Positions 23,465 to 33,719 of a stretch of 64,000 bases of DNA are shown here, in pieces. Within the stretch, counting starts at the first letter, position 1, and each line of letters begins with the position of its first letter. Source of the DNA: Squalus acanthias (Eukaryota). The stretch covers positions 143,470,001 to 143,534,000 of the forward strand of contig CM059431.1 in the NCBI GenBank assembly GCA_030390025.1. Direction: 5' to 3'. The translations under genes were made by a program, and so were the position numbers. The notes beneath the pieces were generated by a model that was not told the DNA's origin, did no database searches, and worked only from the letters and a program-made list of their open reading frames with translations.

Positions 23465-23915
23465 GAACAACAACAAAAACTGTAGTGTAATCAAACTTCC
23501 CAAGGCACTACACAGGAGCGTTATCAAACAACATTTAACACCGAGACACAGAAGGTGGGTTTATGACCGGCGAACAAAATCTTGCTCAAAGCGGTCGGTT
23601 TTTAGCAGCATCTTCAAGGATGAGAGAGCAGTCCAGAGGGGGAGCGGCTGATGGAGCAAATTCCAAATCATAGGTTCCAGGCAATTGAAGGCTTGGGAAT
23701 CGGCAAGAGGCCGGAATTGCAGTAGAGTAGAGATCTCGGAGGGTTATAGCGCTGCAGGAGGTTACTGAGATATGAAGGGGCGAAACATGGAAGGATTTGA
23801 AAACAAGGATGTCAATTTTTAATCGAGACATTGTCGTAACGGGAGCCCATGTAGATCAGCGAGCATCGGGGCGATGGGTGAATGGAAATAGATGCGAGTT
23901 AGAATACGGTCCGCT
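23465..23915 (-). mobile_element. L2 LINE 3' portion abutting the GCNT3-like stop codon
   Basis: Homologous to the L2 3' end at 18974-19300. Confidence 0.7.
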
Positions 23916-23920
23916 GAGTT

Positions 23921-24454
23921 TCATTTGTAAATTCCTGTTCCATGAATCGCTCTGTGTCGGACATATTCCTCCATACATTGCAAAGCTGTGTTGTCTACTT
24001 CTGGCTGAAACTTATTGGCAAACAAAGGTTTCTGTTGGATGATCCAGTGGAGATCTCCAGACCCATACACACAGAGCTGATGGCGGTACCTTCCTGTACA
24101 AGGCGGATATAAGGCTCCTTTCGCTATATCACCAGCATTAACAGACCACTTCACTGCTCGAGTAAGAACTGGTGCATCACCCCTGTGGAGCCTGGGAGTA
24201 TATGGAATGGAGCCGGGTACCTCGGCCATTCTCTGCAGGGTGGCACAGATGTGTTCATCGGGGCTGTAGGTGTCCTCCGACCACTTGAAAAACGCCTGGA
24301 TTTCCGGGTTCACAAACAAAATACTCGCAAATTCCCTGGTGACCAGAACGTATGCGCTTCCCAGAAACACGGGGCTGTGTATGGGTGGGGGGCTCTTCGC
24401 TCGATCTGTTCTCACCATAATCTTGCGAACATCATAATGAAATTTCCATCGTCT
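23921..24454 (-). CDS. GCNT3: GCNT3-like beta-1,6-N-acetylglucosaminyltransferase (GT14), 3' coding exon
   Basis: Acceptor tttcAG, then RRWKFHYDVRKIMVRTDRAKSPPP...GSAY...DTYSPDEH...ATLQR...VKW...GALYPPCTG...CVYGSGDLHW...FANKF...DNTALQCMEEYVRHRAIHGT. This is collinear with the GCNT1/GCNT3 C-terminal half; the end best resembles GCNT3 (recognised from memory, no search run). Confidence 0.85.
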   Translation of the reverse strand, partial: RRWKFHYDVRKIMVRTDRAKSPPPIHSPVFLGSAYVLVTREFASILFVNPEIQAFFKWSEDTYSPDEHICATLQRMAEVPGSIPYTPRLHRGDAPVLTRAVKWSVNAGDIAKGALYPPCTGRYRHQLCVYGSGDLHWIIQQKPLFANKFQPEVDNTALQCMEEYVRHRAIHGTGIYK

Positions 24455-24810
24455 CTGAAAGTCAACACCAACAGCAATCGTTTCTCATATTCCAACTTAA
24501 TTCTCATTTACCTGCCACACACAGCTTGCATCAGTAACGATAAACGTGCATTTTCTCAATGAAGTTAAACTTTATCTACTTTGTTTTGCTTGTATTAAAT
24601 TTTGCGTGGAAAATGTTGATAACTAGTGCAGCTCAAAAGAGGGAAATATGTCAAAAGATTGGCTCAGATTGGTTATTTAGATTTGCTCCGGTCACCCGCA
24701 AGCATCACATTTAGACATGTGACATAAAACAAGCCAATCAACATCACACCTGAAAGGAAAGTATGGCAGGGCTTTGAAATCAATGTAGGAAACAACAAAT
24801 GTTCATCTGC

Positions 24811-25451
24811 AATAAAAGCAGAAAATGCTGGAAATACTCAGCAGGTCAGGCAGCATCTGTGGAGAGAGAAACAGAGTTAACGTTTCAGGTCGAACTGGAA
24901 AAAGCTGAAGATGGAACAGGTTTTTAAGCAAGTGCAGGGGCAGGGAAAGGTGGGAAAGGTGGAAAGAACAAAAGGGAAGGTCAACGTAAGCTCGAGGAAC
25001 AGCGCTTCATCTTTCGATGAGACGGTTTACAGACTCCTGGACTCAACATCGAGCCCCGATCCTTTTTCTCTCTCTCCCACATGGCAGCTGTCTTTCATTC
25101 TGCCAGTGCCATTTACACTTCATCGAGAGCCATCTTTTGTATCTTAACTTGTCCCATTACCATCTCCTTTTGCCTTGCACCATCATCCCTTTTGTCTCTT
25201 AATCTCTCCTGCCTTCCATTCTATCACAGATCTTCCCTTTTGTTCTTTGCTTCACTCCCCCCTTTCCCTGCCTCTGGAATTGCTTAAAAACCTGTTCCAT
25301 CTCCAGCTTTTTCCAGTTCTGACGAAGGGTCATCCACCTGAAACGTTAACTCTCTTTCTCTCTCCACAGATGCTACCGGACCTGCTGTGTATTTCCAGAA
25401 TTTTGTGCTTTTATTTCAGATTCCAGCATCTGCATTATTTGGCTTTTGTAT
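24811..25451 (+). mobile_element. Penelope-like element remnant with inverted pseudo-LTR arms, in the GCNT3-like intron
   Basis: 14-bp direct repeat aaatgttcatctgc at 24797-24810 and 25452-25465; inverted arms ~24811-24980 and ~25215-25420; remnant peptide QRKLEEQRFIFR*DGLQTPGLNIE (24982-25053) resembling the GIY-YIG C-terminus. Confidence 0.8.
25314..25352 (+). ncRNA. Minimal hammerhead ribozyme core within the Penelope-like arm
   Basis: CTGACGA (25319-25325), stem II AGG...CCT, GAAAC (25340-25344), palindromic AACGTT, and flanking AGTT/AACT able to pair. Confidence 0.6.
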
Positions 25452-25948
25452 AAATGTTCATCTGCCACGTCTTCAGTTGCCCGGGAAGAGAACCCAATAC
25501 AGTATGATGTCATCCTTCTATTCTCGTGCCCATACCAAGTTATTTCAAACATAGGTTTTCGGGCTTGAGGAAAACTAACTGGAGATTCAGGTCAGCACTT
25601 GACTGTCCAATGCATTGAACCGGGAGATGTGAGACCACCTGAGGGGACAGGTTCCCAACCCTTGTGCTTCACCGCATGTGTGGTGATCCACGGTCTGATG
25701 ATGAGAATGTTCCATTCCTTCAAATATCTATTCAGTTACTTATTACTACATTTAACTGAAACCGCTGCCTCCCGGGCGGTGAAGCCCACGTGGTCACCAC
25801 CATCTCTGTTTAACAAAGCAAATGTATTGAGGAGAACGCTACTGATCTACAAACATAGGCGACATTGATCAGGGAGCGATAACTATACTCGTGCGAGTGA
25901 ACTGGATGGAGTGCGTGATTGAGCGAGTGTGAGGAGGGTGAAGGGAGA

Positions 25949-26150
25949 GATGGATGAATGGATGGGCGGATGGATGAATGGATGGAAGGATGGATGGATG
26001 GATGGAAGGATGGATGGATGGATGGATGGATGGATGGATGGATAAATGCTTGGGCGGAAGGATGGATGAATGGATGGAAGGATGGATGAATGGATGGATG
26101 GATGGATGAAAAACCAGGATGAATGGATGGACACCCGGGATGGATCTGGA
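25949..26150. repeat. (GGAT)n microsatellite, intronic
   Basis: Imperfect ggat/gaat tetramer run starting a few bases into the GCNT3-like intron. Confidence 0.9.
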
Positions 26151-26158
26151 TCATTTAC

Positions 26159-26518
26159 CTGTTTGTATCGCGGTGGAGGGTCCGACTCTATAACATTTGA
26201 GCCGTTCATGGCCTTGAGGCTCTTCACTATCTCCCGGTTGGTTTTTATTGGATAGTATGGACCTGCTTCCGGGTCACCAATAATTATCTTCCAACAACTC
26301 CAGTTCTCCTCGGACAGATCGTTGGATTCATATCGTGCATCGTAAACTTGTTTTAGTTTAACTGTTTTCCAGTAGTTTACAAATGGAATTTCTCTCTTGC
26401 ACAAATATCGACAAAGGAAAGTGAGAGAGAGTCCGCACAAGACTGAGCTCAGTATCAGCCGCCTGTAGGGACACCGCGCCAAGCTCCTCATGGCTAGGGG
26501 GGTTTTAAACCTTATCAT
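26159..26518 (-). CDS. GCNT3: GCNT3-like 5' coding exon with a large in-frame internal deletion
   Basis: Basic tail and hydrophobic anchor ([18 protein letters not shown]), then stem [14 protein letters not shown] fused directly to [35 protein letters not shown]. Donor CAG|GTAAAT, phase 0, in frame with the exon at 24454. Start ATG at 26518 or 26491. Confidence 0.78.
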
Positions 26519-27145
26519 TTTATCCAAGTTCCCGATATAATTCCAAATTCCTCATGGGCGGGGGGCGCGGAGGGTGGGGGGAGGGGGGTGAGTTTGATAC
26601 TCATTATCTGATCAAAATGTTCCGGATATAATTCTTATGCAGATATGAAAATAGAGGAATTGTGATCCCGAAAATGTGACACTTTGCTTCAGGGAGTTGA
26701 ATAAATTACGCGCTGAATGTTCAGGATTCAATGAATTGAAATCTGAAGCTCGGTGCTGAACACAGCAAGTGTGCATTCATTGCCTTTCAGCCGGCCGCCC
26801 TGTTGGACAGGTCTCACCTGCTCCTGGTGTCTTGTCCCCATTTCCGGGGAGTCTCTGTGCTCGGTCAGACTTCACACCTTCCCTCACTCTCACTCTCTCC
26901 GCTCTTTGTGATTGGGTGTCGCTCAGTTTCTCAGTTCCTTGTCCCAGAAATGGAATGTTTGCTTCACAAAGGTCCTGGGAGCAGGTTTCCCCCTCATGTA
27001 ACTTTTGTCACTGAGTGCACAGATTCCACATTCATTATTTCCTTTCTAGTAACTTCCGCATTTCCATCAGTGTTTCCTTCCAGAAGGCAGGAGAAGGCTC
27101 GGGGTGGATCTTATAAAAGATTCAAAATCCGAACAGGTGAGGACG

Positions 27146-27785
27146 AGCAAAGCGACAACATGTTTAGTACAAGAGAGCACAACGACAACATGTTCAGTAC
27201 AAGAGAGCACAGCAACAACATGTTCAGTGAAAGAGAGCACAGCGACAACATGTTCAGTACAAGAGAGCACAGCGACAACATGTTCAGTACAAGAGAGCAC
27301 AGTGACAGCATGTTCAGTACAAGAGAGCACAGCGACAACATGTTCAGTACAAGAGAGCACAGCGACAACATGTTCAGTACAAGAGAGCACAGCGACAGCA
27401 TGTTCAGTACAAGAGAGCACAGCGACAACATGTTCAGTACAAGAGAGCACAGCGACAACATGTTTAGTACAAGAGAGCAAAGCGACAACATGTTCAGTAC
27501 AAGAGAGCACAGCGACAACATGTTCAGTACAAGAGAGCACAGCGACAACATGTTCAGTACAAGAGAGCACAGTGACAACATGCTCAGTACAAGAGAGCAC
27601 AGCGACAATATGTTTAGTACAAGAGAGCACAGCGACATGTTCAGTACAAGAGAGGACAGTGAAAACATGTTTAGTTCAAGAGAGCACAGCAACAACATGT
27701 TTATTACAAGAGAGCAGCCACAGAATGTTTAGTACAAGAGAGCACAGCGACAACATGTTTAGTACAAGAGGGCACAGCGCTAAAC
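27146..27785. repeat. 30-bp minisatellite (agcgacaacatgttcagtacaagagagcac), ~21 copies
   Basis: Head-to-tail, near-identical units with no spacers. Confidence 0.95.
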
Positions 27786-27943
27786 ATGGGAGTGAAAATA
27801 AAGAAAGTCTTGCATTTTAATAGTGACTTTTGCTATTTATTATGTCCCAAAACCAATCATTACTTTTATGGTGCGGACACTGTTGTAATGCATCAAGCGC
27901 AGCCGTACTGAGTATTAGCCATACGGTAGGCTAGAGCTTCTTC

Positions 27944-28125
27944 AGTACTGGGCCGCCGACAGTGCCGCTCTCCCTCACTACAGCCCCCGACAGTGCCGCT
28001 CTCCCTCAGTACTGCCCACTGACAATACAGCTCTCCCTCAGTACTGCCCCCGACAGTGCGGCTCTCCCTCAGTACTGCTCACTGACAATACAGCTCTCCC
28101 TCAGTACTGCCCCCGACAGTGCAGC
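27944..28125. repeat. ~31-bp minisatellite (gacagtgccgctctccctcagtactgccccc)
   Basis: 5-6 tandem copies. Confidence 0.85.
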
Positions 28126-28244
28126 TCATAATGTCTCCTATCTCAGCCTGTAAGGGACCCACATTTACTTTCGCTAATCTTTCCGTTTTTACAGTCCTAC
28201 AGAAGCTTTTACATTCTTTTTTGATGTCTCTCGATAGTTTACCC

Positions 28245-28960
28245 TTTACTGAGCTGAACTTTTTGTTCGGTCTGAACTTCTGATCCCATCTTTGATCAAT
28301 TAAAAATATTGGATACCAAACGGTTTAGTGAGTGCATTACATAAAAAGAATCATAACGAGTTAGAAGGGCACTGTTCTGTCTGTTTGAACTGTGAATTCG
28401 AGGATAAGGTAAATCCCAATATTTCACGTTCCTGTTTTCTGTCCAGCAACCGCTTTAAAATGTGTCTGTCGGGAAACAGGGGGATAAAAGGAGTCTGTTT
28501 AACCCTGAAATCCCCGGTGTAAAATGGACTGCCCTCACTCACAGTCTTTGCTCACACTCACAGTACAGCTGCATCCCCGGCGCTGTGGAGCACATCAGAC
28601 CGTTAAATTTAGGCTTTAGAGGGGAGAAATGAAATAAAACACAGAAAGTATTCTTAGAATTTATATTAACCTTACCCTGATCCCGCAAGAATTTTCCATC
28701 TCTCTATTTCCGTGTAGATTTCACAAGTTATATCCTTGTTATTTCACTAGAGTCAATCAGGTAGAAGTACGTTTTTATTTGAGCAACGCACAAATTGTGA
28801 ATTTGATCTGATCCTTGTTCTGTGAGACTCAGAGCTCCGCCCTCTGTGTGAAAACTGCTGCCACCCCGCGCGATGGATTTCAACTCCAACATTCCTCATT
28901 GGCGTCAGAACAGGGAGCGGCATTTCTGGACAATGCAAACTGTAGCGGTTTGACAATTTG
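28245..28960 (-). promoter_or_regulatory. Duplicated module copy B (inverted), left arm of the palindrome
   Basis: Reverse complement of 7630-8350; GC box gctccgccc at 28834-28842; minus-strand GTAAGG at 28675-28670. Confidence 0.4.
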
Positions 28961-30435
28961 CTCCCACTTCACGTGTGAACATAGTTAGTTATAGATTTAG
29001 CTTTATCTCTTCTTGTTCCAGGGAAGTTCAGTAAAATAGACACATGGTTAGAAATAAATTGTTACATTTCCATCTGGGATAGTGTTTGCTAAAATTCCCA
29101 TCGATTTCCTGATGTTTGCGCGTTGATCCCAGGACCCAAGAGCCAGTGCCTTGTCCGTGAGCTGAGAGGTGGCTGTTTCTGTCCGTGAGGACATCAAACA
29201 TTTAACGCCGAATGAAACTATACAGTAAAGATCACCCACGTGCTGTAGCTGTTATAAAGGTTACACTTTCCTCATTTTCAAGGTGGTTATCAGACAGTAA
29301 TAAATATCCCCTTCCCGAGATGGAAGTGTCGGAGAGAAAGTGTTGGAGAGTAGATGGTGCTGATAACTCCGAGGGGCAGATTAGCGAGAAAATGGGAAAT
29401 ATCGCAATCTGCCCTCGGAATTATCACCACAAACTATCTTCAAACACTTCCACTCGGGCACTTGCATCCCGGGGAGGGGATATATATTATTGTCAGAGAA
29501 CCAACCTGAAAATGAGGAAAGAACAACCTTTATAACAACTACAGCAAAGGAATGGTCCTTTCTGTGTCTAACAATGTAACGGGTGTGTCTGCTGGAGATT
29601 TACAATGTTAAATGTAACTGTGGAAAGTCAGTACTCATTCCCCCAGTAGCTGAGTCGATTGATGCTCAGGGACAGTTTAATTCGGCGGTTAAATGGTTAA
29701 TGTCCTCATGTACAGAAACAGCCTCCCCTCAGCTCACTGACAAGACACTGGCTCTGGGAGCCTGGGCTCAAAGCCCAAACATCAGGAAATCGATGAGACT
29801 TTTAGCAAACAATATCCCAGATGGAAATGTGACATTTTATTTCTAACCATGTATCTGATTCACTGAACTTCCCTGGAATAAGACGATATAAAGTCAAATT
29901 TATAATTAACTTTGTTCATAGATTAGGCGGAATCGAATTGTCAAACCGGTTGGATTTGATTTGACCAGAAAGGCCGTTCCCTGTTCTGAAGCAAAAGATA
30001 AATGTTTGAGTTGAAATCCATCCTTAGGGCGGGCAGCAGATATCACACAGAGGGCGGAGCTTTGAGTCAGACAGAACAAGGATCAGATCAAATTCACAAT
30101 TTGTGACTTGCTAAAATCAGCAAGGAACTTCTACCTGATTAGTTGCAGTGAAATAACAAGGATATAACTCGCAAAAACAACACGGAAATAGAGACAGAAA
30201 AAACTCGCGTGATGAAGGTAAGGTTAATGTAGCTTCGAAGCTTCATTTCTGTGTTTTCTGATTTTATTTCCACCTTCCTCTCTACGGCCAGTATCCCGCG
30301 GACTGATGTGTTCGCCAGCGCCGGGGATGCAGGTTTTCTGTGAGTGTGGGCTCAGGCTGTGACTGAGGGAGGTCCATTTTACACAGTGGATATCGAGGCT
30401 AAACCCACTCCTGGTCTTCACCAGTCTCCCCACCG
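28470..30435. repeat. ~2-kb imperfect palindrome centred at ~29388-29401
   Basis: tgataactccgaggggcagattagcga / tcgcaatctgccctcggaattatca flank a 14-bp spacer. 29020-29212 mirrors 29678-29875, and ORFs 29048-29239(-) and 29583-29846(+) give paralogous peptides. Confidence 0.85.
29935..30435 (+). promoter_or_regulatory. Duplicated module copy C, right arm of the palindrome
   Basis: GGGCGG at 30027 and 30052, ggatcagatcaaattcacaatttgtg, AAG|GTAAGG at 30218. Confidence 0.4.
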
Positions 30436-30526
30436 ACTCTCACATTACCATCAGGTCGCAGGATTCCATCACTGCCCTTTATACAAAAACGAACTACTCA
30501 GATTACCAACAGGTAGGAGCGTCCCA

Positions 30527-31660
30527 TCACTAATCTTTACATAGAAAGAAACTACTCAAATTATTAAAAGGTAGGCGGGTCTCCATTACTAATCTTTTAA
30601 TGAAAATAATTACTGACATTTTCATTAGAGCCCCATCACTACTCTGTTGCTAACAACTAACTACACAAATTACCAACAGGCACGAAGCTACCTGCTATTT
30701 GTTATCACATTTGGCATTATTAAACTAACACAAATAGTTACAACCTCCAGCAACCTTGACCCACCGATTCATAATTGTAAACACTTCTATCATGTTGCCC
30801 CACAATCTGCGTTGTTTTAACCAAAAGAAGCAACAACGTTCAAAGCTTTCTGCATATTTGTGGTTCCTCAGACCAGGCTGCCCCCCAGTGAATCTGCGTT
30901 TAATCATCTTTAAAGTCTCCATCCTTCCTATAGTGCGGAGCTGAATACTAAACACAAAACTCTAACTGAGGTCTTATTAAAGCTTTATATCGGCTCATTT
31001 TTACCTTTTGGGTTTCATATTCTATACCTCGCGCTTAAACCTAAAATTTCATCAGTTTCTTCACGACGTTCTCAACCTCAGGTTTTACTTTTAATGTCCT
31101 TTCAATCTGTATCCCCAAATCTCTCTGCTCTTCCACAGCAGCGAGCCGTCTTCTATTCAGAGTATGATTACATCTCTTCTAAATAAGTAACTCTCTCTCC
31201 TATTCTAATCTCCAGAGCGAGTTTCCATGCGAGTCCCTCTAGGCCTCTGTGAAACATTAGTAAATTAATTAATCTAACTCAATTGGGTATAAAGCACAGC
31301 AACACTAAACTAACCACAAATACATAGAAACCCTAATAAACTGCCTCAAATGAGTTAAATCTCTGAAATTAGTAGGTTATGCTTAAATGTCGATAACCTC
31401 CTGTATTAACAAACTAACTCCAAACTGCTATAATGCCCAGATGGCTAATATACCAGTCCTTTTTCTCCCTGACTAGCTGTTCACAGTTCGAAGCCCCACA
31501 ACTGCCGAGATGCTGCATTTTCGTCGATTGCCAGCTTTCGAAGTTCATGATGGCCACTCAGGATAGAAGAGAAGAGAACAGGCAGTGCAGGAATTTGTAG
31601 AGGGACGTCGTTTATTCAGACTCGTAAATGGTAAGGAGGAGTTTACTACTTTTAGCAATG
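30527..31660 (+). repeat. Segmental duplicate (copy 1) of 40290-41315, including an old minus-strand CR1-like fragment
   Basis: Long shared blocks, e.g. gagccccatcactactctgttgctaacaactaactacacaaatta and ctgccgagatgctgcattttcg. Confidence 0.85.
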
Positions 31661-31682
31661 TAACATTTCAGTAGGGTGCCGC

Positions 31683-32550
31683 TGTGGGGCTGGGTCAGTG
31701 GGGTGTCTGTGTGGGGCTGTGTCAGTGGCGTGTGGGGCTGGGTCAGTGTGGTGCCTGTGTGGGGCTGGGTCGGTGGGGTTCCTGTGTGGGGCTGGGTAAT
31801 TGGGGTGTCTGTGTGAGGCTTTTTCAGTGGGATGTGGGACTGGGTCAGTGGGGTGTGGGGCTGGGTCAGTGGGGTCTCGGTGTGGGGCTGGGTCAGTGGG
31901 GTGTGGGGCTGGGTCAGTGGTGTGTGGGGTGGGCCGGTGGGGTCTAGTTGTGGGGCTTGGTCAGTGGGGTGTGGGGATGGGTCAGTGGGGTGTTCGGCTT
32001 GATCAGTGGGGTGTGGGGCTGGGCCGGTGTGTTGTAGTTGTGGGGCTGGGTCACTGGGGTGTGCGGCTGGGTCAGTGGATGGCGGTGTGTGGCTGGGTCA
32101 GTGGGGTGTCCGTGTGGGGTTGGGTCAGTGGGGTGTCGGTGTGGGGCTGGGTCAGTTGAGTGACGGTGTGGGGTTGGGTCAGTGGGATGCGGGGCTGGGC
32201 CGGTGTGCTGTAGGTGTTGGGCTGGGTCACTGGGGTGTGGGGCTTGGTCAGTGGGGTGTAAGTGTGGGGCTGGGTCAGTGGGGTGTCGGTGTGGGGTTGG
32301 GTCAGTGGGGTGTCGGTGTGGGGTTGGATCAGTGGGATGTGGGGCTGGGCCGGTGGAGTGTAGGTGTGGGGCTGGGTCACATTGGTGATCAGCTGGGTCA
32401 GTGGGGTGTCGGTGTGGGGCTGGGTCAGTGGGGTGTCGGTGTGGGGTTGGGTCAGTGGGATGTGGGGCTGGGCCGGTGGGGTGTAGGTGTGGGACTGGTC
32501 ACTGGGGTGTTCAGCTGGGTCAGTGGATGGCAGTGTGTGGCTGGTTCAGT
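31683..32550. repeat. G-rich minisatellite, array 2 (21/27-bp variants)
   Basis: gtggggctgggtcagtggggt units with gtcggt insertions. Confidence 0.92.
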
Positions 32551-32639
32551 GCTGTTCCGGTGTGCGGTTGCTTCAGCGAGGTGTGGGATTGCTAGCTTAA
32601 ATGGAATATTGTTGAACTGTAATGGTCATTGAAAAGGCA

Positions 32640-33010
32640 AGTTACAAACTGCAAAGATCTTGACCCTCCCTGTCTCTGGAACTTCCTCCAGCCCTACAAG
32701 CCACCACCTCCAAGATCTCTCTGATCCTCTGTCTCTGTTCTGTTTTGTGTTTCACCCTCTCGTCATCCTTTCTATGGCGGCCGTGATTTCGGCTGTCCAG
32801 GCTCTCTGCTCTGCAATTCCCCACCTAAGCCTCTCCAGCTCCTTCTCCTCCCTTTAAAGACCCTCCAGAAACTCACTTATTTGGAAACATTCTGAGCAGC
32901 CCTCATCCTCCTTTATTCAGCGCCCTTCGTTTGACTGGTTCCTCTCCTGTGAAGCGCCCGGTGATGTTTTTCAATGTTTAAAGCGCTGAGGAAATGCAAG
33001 TTGTTTCTGT
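32640..33010 (+). mobile_element. L2 LINE 3' end, degenerate
   Basis: Ends tgtgaagcgcc...aaatgcaagttgtt, the reverse complement of the L2 ends at 18974 and 23465. Confidence 0.6.
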
Positions 33011-33719
33011 TGTGTGTTTATTATACTAGTGTTAGCGTAATGAAACAGCGGACACCTGATGTTCGCAAGGTCTCAAACTTGGTTATATATTAATGCCAGG
33101 GAATAAGGAATAACTTCCACTATAGTTTGGAAAAATTACTGATCCGAGACTGAATCACTTTTACGTTTCCACAGTGGGTAACGGAAAGAACGCTGATTGA
33201 GAGTTTGATTGGACCCTCATGTTTGGACACACACACAGCGAGACACGCGCACAAGTAGAGAATATTCACTGTAAAACAGCAGTTAAATCTACCACTTGTC
33301 AATTTATTGCGTTTTTTCTTTCTGCAAGACCCCACAATATTCCACTAATTAATGCTGTGGATCACCTCACTCTTTAAATTGACATGATACATAACATTAT
33401 ACATTAGTGTTAATATTAGTGGAACAGCGGTAAATGTCCTCACCTCCTACAGTGCTCATTAATCAGGTGCTGACACCATGAGAGATATGGTGACTAAATT
33501 CAAATAGAAGCACCAAGCAGCACACATCTCCATGAACGCACGGGCAATGTCACTGCCTATATGACCAGAGGGATCACATCCAGCTACATATAGTGAGTGG
33601 ATAATAATCACAAACATAAATTAAAATAATTTAATATCAAAACTCAACAAATCAAAAATATTCAACATAAATCTGTCAAGAAAAACAACAAAACACCACA
33701 AGACAGTGTGAAACCGAAT

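Noticed and set aside
25883..26158. C-terminal HPSI-repeat part of ORF 25883-26527
   Set aside because: Read-through into the intronic (GGAT)n microsatellite past the donor at 26158.
27146..27785. CRISPR-like 30-bp repeats
   Set aside because: Units are head-to-tail with no unique spacers, there are no cas genes, and the context is eukaryotic.
26803..27820. 309-aa and 238-aa ORFs
   Set aside because: Mostly the 30-bp minisatellite; no recognisable domain.
29048..29846. Pair of similar short ORFs on opposite strands
   Set aside because: A consequence of the DNA palindrome; no evidence of coding constraint.
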